A DNA stretch of 63,674 nt, counting the filler, from Aduncisulcus paluster (Eukaryota): NCBI GenBank assembly GCA_024181965.1. It is 8 parts of 8 records of this genome, joined end to end, with 100 filler letters (N's around TTAATTAATTAA, not from the genome) between each part and the next. Parts side by side here need not be neighbours in the genome. Positions count along the whole stretch, not along the records: positions 1 to 12,846 come from BQXS01011686.1; positions 12,947 to 20,242 come from BQXS01011688.1; 6 more parts are not named here. One strand, written 5' to 3'. The notes beneath the pieces are model-generated. The model saw only the letters and a list, made by a program, of their open reading frames with translations, was not told the origin of the DNA and made no database searches. The translations under genes were made by a program, and so were the position numbers. This document shows, one piece after another, positions 9,900 to 20,342 of this stretch. Positions within the stretch are counted from its first letter, which is position 1; each line of letters opens with the position of its first letter.

Positions 9900-12846
9900 T
9901 TACATAAAATCGGCGTAGAATCCAAGGTCATCGTCAGCAGCATCAGCAGAATTATTGGTAGTTTTAGCAGTTGAATGAGAACCAGATGTTCCTGTAAGCT
10001 TAACATCTTCTTCCTCTGAGGAACTATCATCGTCAATTGGCCTCAGGAATGCCCGTTTAGGACCTTGTGTCTTCATACCAGCATCACCTTCAGAACTATC
10101 ATCATCCTCCACAATATGGGCAGAATTAGTATTGCCACCACTCATTATTGTACTTGTTTTGAGAGATGAAGAAGGCGCTGAGCTCTTGGAAGGAGAGGCT
10201 TTCTTTGCAGAAGGTTGAGGAGCAGATCCAAAGAAATCAAGGAAATCATCAAAGCCCGTGGAGGAAGGGTTTGAACTCACGTCTTTCCTTGTCGTAACGG
10301 GAGCAGAACGAGTCATAGAAGGATGGATTGAAGGAGATATCTTGGGTTGAGCCCTAACAGTTGATGGGCCAGAACCGAACAAGTCATCGAAGAAATCATT
10401 ACCAATTGGCTGAGATATCTTGGGTTTTTGTGGAGTAATAGTTGATTGGACTGTTGTTTTAGTTGTTATAGCTGGCGTGACAGATGTAGTTATTGTCATA
10501 TCGTCGAATCCATCATCGTCAAATCCATCATCGTCAAATCCAGTGTGATTTGGAGTTTTAATGGAGGGTGTAACAGCTGTCACATCACCTTCCATGACGA
10601 TCTGATGTTGTCCATCATCTTGCTGAACTACATCTTGCTGCTCCTCTTCAAGTTCTTCTTGCATATAAGCGAGATAATCATCCTCTTCATCATCCTCTGC
10701 AAGAGCATCTGCACCAGTATCAAGAGCATCTGCACCAGCATCAAGAACATTGGTCGTTACATTATTCAGCATGGAGACATTCTTTTCATCAAAAGCACCG
10801 CTCGTGGGAGAGATGGCATCATCACCAACAGCAAGGTTATCCAATTCATCCATTGCAGCAAGATAATCTTCCGCATCATCGTCCGGATGGTCTTTAGCAA
10901 TATGTTCAGCACTAGTCGATACTGTTGAAGGCTGAGAAACAGTGGATGGAACAGAGGAAGTGAAATCATCAAAGGTAGTATCCACAGCAACAGATGGAGT
11001 TATTATTGGAGCTTTTGTTGAGGCTGTGGGTTCAGTCAAGGCTGAGAAGTCGAAGAATGAAGGCTTGGAGACCTTCTTGACAGGTGCAGTGCGGACAATA
11101 ACATCGGAATCCTCAGAGTCATCATCAACAGGTCTCATGGTTGGACGTTGAGCGAATTCACTATCCTCTTCCTCCTCCGAAGATGATTCATTCTCTTGTT
11201 GGTGGTGGTGCTGTTGCTGGTGTTCTGAAGTTTCAACCACAGATATATCCTGAATGCTGGCAGGTGTCTGCTGCTCACTGATAACATGAGATTCAGTCTG
11301 GAACTCGATCTTTCCTCCATCCTCTTCCTCTTCGTCATCATCCAGATATGCCATAATATCATCCTCGTCATCTTCGCCAGCATCAGTAGACAACACAACC
11401 CCACCTTTCCTTATATTGCCTTCGTTGTCATATATATCTAATTCACTCACAGCAATCTCATCTCCAACAATATCTGTTGTAATGATAGTAGGTTGTATAG
11501 TAGCTTCTAGTTCTTCTTCCAGCACACCATCCTCAAGGTCGTTTCCTTGGAGACCATCCTCAAGGTCACCACCATTCTCGACGTGATGTTGACTTTCTTG
11601 TCCCTTTTTCTCTTCTACTTCTTCCAAATCATCGCTAGCCATCTCAACAGGTGTATGTTTTTGTACTTCCACTGATGGTTCTTCAGCAGGGATGTTATCA
11701 AAAGAACTAAAATCAAACATGGAAGACACACTTGGTTTTGGTTTTGAAGCTTCAGTTCTTCCTTTTGCAGTCGCTGTTGTAGTATCTCCTCCTTCTTCTT
11801 CTTCTTCTTCTTCTTCTTCTTCAGAGGTATATTCATCACCAAATGTAATCAACTTACCACGTTTTTGCTGACCTTCCTCCTCTTCTTCTTCCTCCTCTTC
11901 TTCCTCCTCTTCTTCCTCGTCATCAAATGTGATGAGACGTTGCGTATGAATAACTTTCTTCTCGTCTTCTTCATCATACTCCTCAGAATCATCATCAAGG
12001 GGTTTCAAACCACCGGAAGGACGATCTGATCCATCACTCTCAGAGAAACCATCATCATGATCATGATCCTTGGCATCAGAAGTACCAGCACCAGTGGATT
12101 GAGATGCGGTTGAAGGTCCAAAGAAATCATCATCCAAGGTCACAATAACGGAAGTTAACATATCAGCTTTGGAGGATCCTTCTTTCTTTTCAATAATAAA
12201 CGAAGTATCACCACCATTCGGCTGTTCTTGGTCTTGTTGACTATTACTGGCACCAACAGACTTTTGTTTGTCAGAAGTCGATTGTTTGGCAGCAATTTTT
12301 TTGTTCTTTTTTTGAGCTTCTTCAAGTTTACGCCGTTTCTCTTCTTCTTTCTTCTTCGCTTCTTCCTCTTTTTTCTGTTTTTCAGCTTCTTTCTTGCGTT
12401 TCTTTTCTTCTTCCTTCTTCTTCTTCTCGATCTTCCTTCGTTCCCACCAAGAGAGTTTCTTTTCGGGCACTTTTTCAGATCCTTGATCAGGTACTTTGTC
12501 CGGTTTTTTGTCTGGTTTCACAGGGACAGAAATAGAACTTTGAGAAGGTTGGGGTGTTGATTGGAGATCACGGTCAGGGTGTTGGTGTTGTTGTTGTTGG
12601 TCCATTCTCTCTTGACTTCTTGATGAAGGCGTAATCATCATTCCAGTTGAATCAATAGGCACTCGATCGTGCTCAGATTCAATCGGAATCGTTGAATCAA
12701 CAAGAATTATACCAGTCGAGACAGTAGTCCCATCTTGTGGCTGAGGTTCTTCGTTTTGATCCACAGGAATATCCAACATGGCTCCCATTTTCTCATCTAT
12801 CATATCCTTAGCACCATCTTCAGCACTCTCATGTGTGTGGTCTTCT
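9900..12846 (-). CDS. Acidic, low-complexity hypothetical protein (5'-truncated at scaffold end)
   Basis: ORF of at least 967 aa, open to the scaffold edge. Poly-E tracts from (TTC)n, a K/E coiled coil and repeated FDDF/DFF motifs. No recognisable globular domain. Confidence 0.75.
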
Positions 12847-12946
12847 NNNNNNNNNNNNNNNNNNNNNNNNNNNNNNNNNNNNNNNNNNNNTTAATTAATT
12901 AANNNNNNNNNNNNNNNNNNNNNNNNNNNNNNNNNNNNNNNNNNNN
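12847..12946. other. Artificial scaffold-joining spacer N44-TTAATTAATTAA-N44 (also 20243-20342, 26724-26823, 52455-52554, 54906-55005, 57309-57408, 61294-61393)
   Basis: Seven identical 100-bp elements whose core puts stop codons in all six frames; ORFs are cut off at them. Confidence 0.97.
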
Positions 12947-13476
12947 TGTGCAACTTTTGTTCACTAGTTTTTTCACTACATTGTTTACTTGGTAGAGTTT
13001 GCCTTTTGGTGTCTTCGTCTCTATGCTGAATACACTACAATCAGGGTCCTTCTTGTCTGAAACTTGAGAACGGTATGGGAAGAGCATGAGCAGCTGATCT
13101 ATAGAGACTATAGATGAAGTCGAAAGTCACCAAATAAAACCTTAAATCTGCCCACTATCTATACCAAACCACGCGAGCAGTCGAAAACTGAGGTGGTTTC
13201 AACGAGTTCAATTCAGATATGACTTGAGCCACGATCTGAGATGATATATGTTCTCGCAACACTATGCATTGAGTGTCCAGGAAGGTGGGAGGCAAGTTAT
13301 AGTTCCACCGGACAAAACTCATGTAAATGTCGTAATACCACAGAAAGAATGGAAAAATTAATAATTAGAGGTCCTTTTTGAGCAGAATTAACAAGAAAAA
13401 ATTAAGGTTTTAGATCCCTTGTAGGTTCGAGATTCCCTAATAAATGCATCCGCCTTGATTCCGGATTTGCTCCAGA

Positions 13477-14760
13477 ATGTTTAAGGATAGAAGTCTTCCA
13501 GGTGCGAAGAAAGTGATTAGAGATTACTGCACAAAAGTTGTTGATCTTAAATACATTGATAGGGATGTCCTTGTCTCTATGGAAACTGATATTGATGAGA
13601 TTTCACCTAGAATGGTATTGATTGTTACAGGTAAAAAATCTGCAAAGGAAAATGGTTCATATAAAATGTTAGAATCTATTTTGACTGTGAATTCCATTTC
13701 TCATTTCTTATTTGATGAGGTAGAACAAAATCCTTCTATTTCTACTGTTTTTAAGTGTGTTGAACAATTTCAAAAAGAAACCTCACTTGAGAAACCCGAT
13801 TTAATTTTCGCCATTGGTGGTGGATCTCCACTTGATTGTGCAAAAGCCATAGACTTTGCTTTTTGTGGAGTGAGAGATTTTACTGATAAGGATGATCAAC
13901 CATCACAACCATTAATTCCATATTTCTGTATTCCAACTACAGCCGGAACTGGATCAGAAATTACACCATACAGTATCTTAACTAATCCTCGGACAAAAAC
14001 TAAATTTGGAACTGCTCAACGTCTCACACCGACGTGTTCCTACATCTTCCCTTCATTTCTTGTTGAAACTCCATTGCAAATTACTGCTAGTACTGTCTTT
14101 GATGCCATTTCTCATCTTGTTGAGGCTGGATTGACTGTCAAAGCCACTCCTGAGGTTCGTCTTGAAGCTCTTTCCGGAATCAGATTACTCTCTCCTTACA
14201 TTCCACAGATTTGTGCGGCTTGTTCTGCTGTTAAAAGCTACAATGAGGGAAGATGTGATGGCCTTGAACGGATTAAGCCATTCCTTTCAAAGCTCAAGAA
14301 TGAGTCCTTTCGTCTCAATACTCTTCATGCCTCTTCCGTTGGTGGAGTGGTCATTTCTAAGGCTGGCACATCTCTTCCCCATGGTCTTGGCTACTCCTTG
14401 ACGACTCATCTTGGTCTGAGTCATGGTGTTGCTAACGCTGCGACTTTCTCGAAATATTTGGCCTTTTGCTGTCGTACTCTTGGTCCTCAGGCCAGAGACT
14501 TTGTGTTTGATGTCTTAGATATTTTGTTGAGGGATTGTGTGAAGGCTGGAAGTGTTCCCAAATGGAAGCCTGAAGACTTGGACAAGTATCTCATTAACAT
14601 CTGGTTTGATCATCCCATTGCCGTTACAAGGGCTCAAAAGGAAATATTTGTGTCCGCTGCACTGGCCAATAAGGGTAAATTGGCCCAACATGGTGCTCCT
14701 GTTACAAAGGCTGATATCGAGGAAATGTTATTCGGGAGTGGATTCTTGAAGGTCGAATAA
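13477..14760 (+). CDS. Iron-containing (group III) alcohol dehydrogenase, prokaryote-like
   Basis: GGGSPLDCAKAI, IPTTAGTGSEIT, DAISHLVE and LPHGLG...LSHGVANA, with metal ligands D/H/H/H intact. Confidence 0.93.
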   Translation: MFKDRSLPGAKKVIRDYCTKVVDLKYIDRDVLVSMETDIDEISPRMVLIVTGKKSAKENGSYKMLESILTVNSISHFLFDEVEQNPSISTVFKCVEQFQKETSLEKPDLIFAIGGGSPLDCAKAIDFAFCGVRDFTDKDDQPSQPLIPYFCIPTTAGTGSEITPYSILTNPRTKTKFGTAQRLTPTCSYIFPSFLVETPLQITASTVFDAISHLVEAGLTVKATPEVRLEALSGIRLLSPYIPQICAACSAVKSYNEGRCDGLERIKPFLSKLKNESFRLNTLHASSVGGVVISKAGTSLPHGLGYSLTTHLGLSHGVANAATFSKYLAFCCRTLGPQARDFVFDVLDILLRDCVKAGSVPKWKPEDLDKYLINIWFDHPIAVTRAQKEIFVSAALANKGKLAQHGAPVTKADIEEMLFGSGFLKVE

Positions 14761-15068
14761 GAAGCTAAAAATAGGAATATCAAATTATACGACTTTTATT
14801 TATTATTATACTAATTTTTTTGAAACTATTTGAACGTTGAAAAGCCCCATGAAGCACGAACAACATGGAGCTTATATCCATTTGTCCTTGATACAGGCAG
14901 CTAGAAATACATTCATTTTCTATTTGTTTGCATTATTTTACAATACAAAATGAAGCTAATAAATAATATATAAAAAAGATCTAGAATCAATTCAAATATT
15001 GATCTATTTTTAGATCCTGAGATTATGATCATTGATCTATGTCTATTTTTCTTCATACGTGCCTATGC

Positions 15069-17890
15069 CTATTTTTCGATATCGAACAAGAAAACCTCAA
15101 AGGTGGCATCTTCAGTAAAGCTAATCACAATGATCTTTTTACCGACCTTCATACCATCACATTCACACACGGTCTCTTGCATAAAATTCGGAACCGATTC
15201 ACTTTCTTTTTCTTCCTCCTCCTCTTCCTCTTTTTCTCCCTTATCTTGAAATAAACTCTCCATAAATACGCTGGAACTATTCTTTTTCTTGAACGAGGAA
15301 ATAGAATCCCGAGATTCGTTTTCGTTGCATCTTAGAAAGATGGTCCCTTCATCCGATAACCATTTATACAGTTCCCAACCATTGGAAGAACCAACGAGAA
15401 GGAATGGAGGTGTCCACTTCTCATGAGTTAGGGAGGAAAGAATGGACATCGAGGAGGGGTCGGAAGTAGTTCCACTGACTGGTACATGTGGAAATGATGG
15501 TTGAAGGAGATCTGAGGACGGTGCTCGTACTGAAGGAATGGCTCCAAACATCACTCTATCGTTGTCAGAAGGGATAGAATCCTTGTCTAACTCAATCGCA
15601 GGACCAATATCAAGCAAGGCAGGAGGTGAGGGGGGCTTGGGAAGATCAGTAAGTGGGGGGATGGGGCTCTCGGATGAAGGTGACTTAAGGATCTTAATGT
15701 CGAACACACATGGGGATTTCGGTGAAAAGGCAGGGTTAACAGTGGCTCTGGTCTCAACTGAAGCAGTGAGACCAGCTTTTCCAATCGTTCGCTTCTTCTT
15801 CTCCTCACAAGGAACCAGGGTGACAAGTTGATGTAAGTCAGGCATTTGGTTAGCGATTCCACAAAACAGTATTGTGCTTGTTAACCATATATGGGAAAAT
15901 ATGACTCCAACGACCTCTATAGAATGCATTTTAAGGCTTTTGCTGGCATTTATAATCTTTTGAACAATTTTAATCGGTTTCGATTTCCATTTGGCATCAA
16001 ATCCATTGAATACAGGCCTTGGAGGAAGTGTGAGAAGGATGATAGACCCTGAATCCAATGACACAGAAACAGTGTGAGATGAGAAACAAGAGGGTTTCCG
16101 CATATAGACCTTCGGTTCATCCATAGCCACCCTTTTATACCAACTCACAGAGCCTACAACTCCTCCAACATCCACACACAACACACGGACTCCTCCTTTA
16201 ACACTGAGCACACTGATAGCGACACAAGAGTCATGGGATCCGCTCAATATACGAATCGGGGAAGACATGGGTAATGGTATATCACTAGGTGCTGGTACAA
16301 TGTGTCTAATGTCATCGTCATGTACTTTGACACTGCTTCTCACACGCAAATAGATGGGACAATTGTCAATATGGGCGGTGAATATCGGTCCACTCGTCGG
16401 TTCGATACAAGACGAAGAAGAGGAAGACAATTCAGACTTGGAAGGACTTTGGGGTTCCTTGGAGAAGGCTTTGGAATGGATTCCATCAAGATAGAGTTTC
16501 AAATCGGCCGTTTTCTTCTTCTCGATCTCCATCTTTTCCTGTGCAATAAGCTTATCTTCCTCCAGGTCGTTTCCAAACACATCTCCGCTGACACACACAC
16601 GATGAATGGTACCGTCAATGCTCACAAGGAACTCACGTGCACTTACCCATACACAATCGGTAACTTTCGAGTGAGGGAGACTGAGCGAGCAAACAAGCGG
16701 TGCCACAATCATTCCTTTGGGAGAAACACATCCTAGAAACACAAATTCCCGATCAGAAGTGAGATCACTCTCTGCTCCACTCTCATTTAGACCACTCTTC
16801 TCAATCAACACGGGATCAGGAACATCAGAACCACTCGTAGATAAAGTCGAGGAGGTAACTTGGGTCTGAGACTCTTCTAGTTTCCTCGATGGAGGGGTGG
16901 GAATAAAACTCAACCGGCTTGAAGTGGATGGTTTCGGTTTTGACTTGATCATATCTCCTGTTGGCGTGAAACTAACAATATCTTGAACTTTCGCAATTTT
17001 GTTCTTCTGCGGAGAATCATGTGGTTTTGATGGGGCTTGTCCAAAACTCATAAATCGATACTCTCTCTCATCCTCAACTTTTTCTCCATACCTTCCTGAA
17101 GCAACAAACCACACATGTTCAACACATCGCTTCGATGGAAGAAAATGGTTTATGCATGGACGATAGACGATAACTTTCCGCTTTGTAAGTGGGTCTAATA
17201 TCGTTGTCGAAGAAACTGGACGGACAGATTTGGAAGGACCTTCTGGGGGGAAATGTATCGAACTTGATGGAAGTACCCTCTTCTTTGACGGGGATTGGGA
17301 GGAAATGGGATGGATATCAAGGGCCTGATACGGTGAATAAGGTGGATTGGATCTTGAAAAGGAAGGATTAAGGAAGAAATCTGATGTTTGATCCTGTTGT
17401 GGGAAGTGAGGGAATGTTGCCTGAGGCATCTGAGGGGAAATAGGGTTTGATTGGAACGGGGGACTCCTGTCAAAGGCTGTTCTCTGATCTTTCAAAGGAG
17501 ATGGATCGATCGTGGGAGTTTGAAGGAGAGAAGGGTCGGCAAGATGGGGAGAGGTATGGAGACCATATTCCGCAGAAGGATTGGGTAAATATGAATTTTC
17601 GCATAATCCTTTTCCATACATCTTCGGAGTGGGCGCTGGAAGCTGATCAACAGGAACTGTGAAAGTTTGATGGGAGGTGGAAAACGGAGGGAATTCGGCT
17701 GGGCTCATTAAAAAGGGAAAATCAGACTGCATAGGGACATCAAATTGCGAAGAACCATCATACTTCTGCATATTTGTCAAAGGATGATCATAACTAATCC
17801 CATGAAAAGCTAAATTATGGAGATGTTAATAATCGGAAAATACTCATAATATCATCATAAAATAGGTTGTATAAACGTACTAGATGCCAT
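15069..17890 (-). CDS. Hypothetical protein with Pro/Ser-rich N-terminus and degenerate WD40-like C-terminal region; probably two exons (17890-17881, 17809-15069)
   Basis: 903-aa ORF. VHDDDIRHI...ILSGSHDSCVAI resembles a WD40 repeat. An upstream ATG joins in frame through the intron 17810-17880. Confidence 0.65.
17810..17880 (-). other. Candidate spliceosomal intron (71 nt, phase 1)
   Basis: ATGGCATCTA|GTACGT...TTAAC-ATCTCCATAATTTAG|CTTTTCAT; splicing gives MASTFHGISYDHPLTNMQ in frame. Confidence 0.65.
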
Positions 17891-18554
17891 GATAAGGAAT
17901 AATTATCTTAAATGTTATCAAAATACGAAAAAAACACAAAATACAAAAACACTCCAATATAGACATTAAAATTACAAATTATGAACAAAAATGAATATAA
18001 TTATGCTGTGGTTCAAAAAATATCATTGGTAAAATAATATATTCTCATTATTTCAAGAGATGAAAATCAACAGTTTTTTTGTTTTTAAGAAATATTTTTT
18101 GCCTTCTTATTTCGTTTAATATTGGGCATTTAGAAGGGAAAAAAACAGCATCTGAATTTTCAAAATAAAATAAAACAATACTAAAAGCAAAATGGGAGAA
18201 TTTCTTTCTTGACACGAATCACTCTTGATGACTTCATTTCTTGACTTCTGTCAAATGGGTTGATTTTTTTCTTTTTTCATTCCGCAAAACCAAATCAAGT
18301 TGGTTGGTATTGCCAGAATTTTGTTGCAGAATAAAGATATCTTTGAATATTTCAAAAAAGTCGCTCTGGAGAGTTTTTAGCCAGACCTATCACAAAAAAA
18401 TCCAAAGATATTTAATGGTTGAACAATAATATTGATATTTTTTTGGTAATGATTTCTTATAAGATTTCAACAATCCTCTTATTCTCGTTTGTGGTTGTTC
18501 GAAAAAATCATTCCATTTCACCGAGTTTTGCGGAATACTATTTTTCTTTAACAT

Positions 18555-20242
18555 ATGGATTACTTTGTTTCACAATTATTAGATATGGGATTTTCTCTCG
18601 ATATGGCAGTTGAAGCCTATTCTCATACAAAGAATGTTGATACTGCTATATCTTGGATTATAGAACAACAACAAAGAATAGAAGCGCCAAAAGAGAAGCC
18701 GCCGCCTAAAAAAAAGAATCCTAAAATCTCAAAGGGGCCATCGAAAGCTCGTGCTGAAAAGAAAAAGGTGATTGATGATCAATCATCTTCTACAGGGCTT
18801 TCGGCTGTTCCTTTTGAGATAGATTATGCTCCAACCGCTGGAGTTTTGCCTGCTAATGCTATTAGAGTTGGTTATCATGATGCAGAATGTATTTCTATCC
18901 CTCCTCCAACTGACACTTCTGCTATGAAGGAAGTTAGGCGGAAATCTGTTTCAGAACTTCCCATTTTATGTCAACAAGTATTATCTAAAGCTGGATTTAC
19001 AACATTAAATCCCATTCAGACCATTGTTCATTCTCCTATTTTAGATAGCAATCGTAATATTCTTGTGGCTGCTCCTACCGGTGCTGGAAAGACTGGTATT
19101 GCACTGTTAAGTATGCTCCGTGTTATCATATCTCAATTAAACGAAGAATTCTCGCTTGAAGATGAGGCTGAGGAGGATGTAAGTTCCATCTCTCGTCAAT
19201 CAATCAATTATCAAGAGAAATTGGAGCCCAAGAAGAGATCAAAACGATCACCTCATAAAGCAAACATTGATAAGAATTTCCAGATTATATATATTTCTCC
19301 CATGAAGGCTCTAGCTGGTGAATTGGTTGGGAAGTTTAAATCGTATCTTGGTTCTCCTCCATGTTGTTTGTCCGTGAAGGAGGTGACTGGAGACACTCAC
19401 CTTGCAAGCAAAGATATTGACACTGCACAAGTTATTGTTGCCACACCTGAGAAATATGATATCATGACAAGACGGCCTTCCACCGAGAGTTCAAAGACCA
19501 GACTTCTCATACTCGATGAGGTCCATTTACTTGGGGAAGAACGTGGTGCTGTTCTTGAGAGTATTGTGATGCGTACTTTACGGCTGTCAGAATCCACACA
19601 GAGCCCCATTCGTATCCTTGGACTCAGTGCTACTCTCCCGAATTACCAGGAAGTGGGTCGATTCCTCAGTGTTTCGGATGAGGATATGTTCTATTTTCCT
19701 GCCAATTGGCGTCCTGTCCCACTTCGTCAGAGTTTTGTTGCTATTTATGACGCTGCTTACAAGCTTCAGAAAGAGAGTTTCGACTCACATACGTTCAATA
19801 TCGTTAGCGAGGAAATTCTCCAAGGAAGGCAAGTCCTTGTATTTGTCCATAGTAGAAATAGCACCATCGAAAGTGGTCGAGATATCTTGATGCGAGCTCT
19901 GAAGGATGCAAGTGGGAGTGCTAAATCAATGCTGGAAAAAGGAATTACAAAGAAAGCTTTGGAACAGATCTCCAAGCTTTCCCTGGTGGAATTGAGACAA
20001 CTGTGTGAACGTGGAGTTGGATTCCACCATGGAGGAATGACAGCCTGGGATAGAAGACAAGTTGAGAAACTCTTTAAGGAAGGTAAAATACAAGTCCTTT
20101 GTTGTACAGCCACATTGGCCTGGGGTGTAAATTTGCCCGCTGCTACTGTTGTCATCAAGGGCACTCAGGTTTACAGCTCAGACAAAGGTCAATACGTTCC
20201 CCTTGACATTCTCAGTGTTCAACAGATCTTCGGAAGAGCTGG
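18555..20242 (+). CDS. ASCC3: Ski2-like DExH helicase of the ASCC3/Slh1 type with N-terminal UBA domain (3'-truncated)
   Basis: APTGAGKT, DEVH and SAT motifs. ESTQSPIRILGLSATLPNY, VFVHSRNST and QIFGRAG favour ASCC3/Slh1 over Brr2. The N-terminus QLLDMGFS...AYSHTKNVDTAISWI fits the UBA consensus. Confidence 0.85.
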
Positions 20243-20342
20243 NNNNNNNNNNNNNNNNNNNNNNNNNNNNNNNNNNNNNNNNNNNNTTAATTAATTAANN
20301 NNNNNNNNNNNNNNNNNNNNNNNNNNNNNNNNNNNNNNNNNN

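Noticed and set aside
12947..13322. Broken minus-strand ORF ending YQVNNVVKKLVNKSCT, faintly like the start of a SWIM finger or MULE transposase
   Set aside because: Interrupted by stops, cut by the scaffold end, and no terminal repeats; similarity is too weak.
13411..13440. GTAGGTTCGAGATTCCC, tRNA T-arm/B-box-like
   Set aside because: No cloverleaf, acceptor stem or A box.
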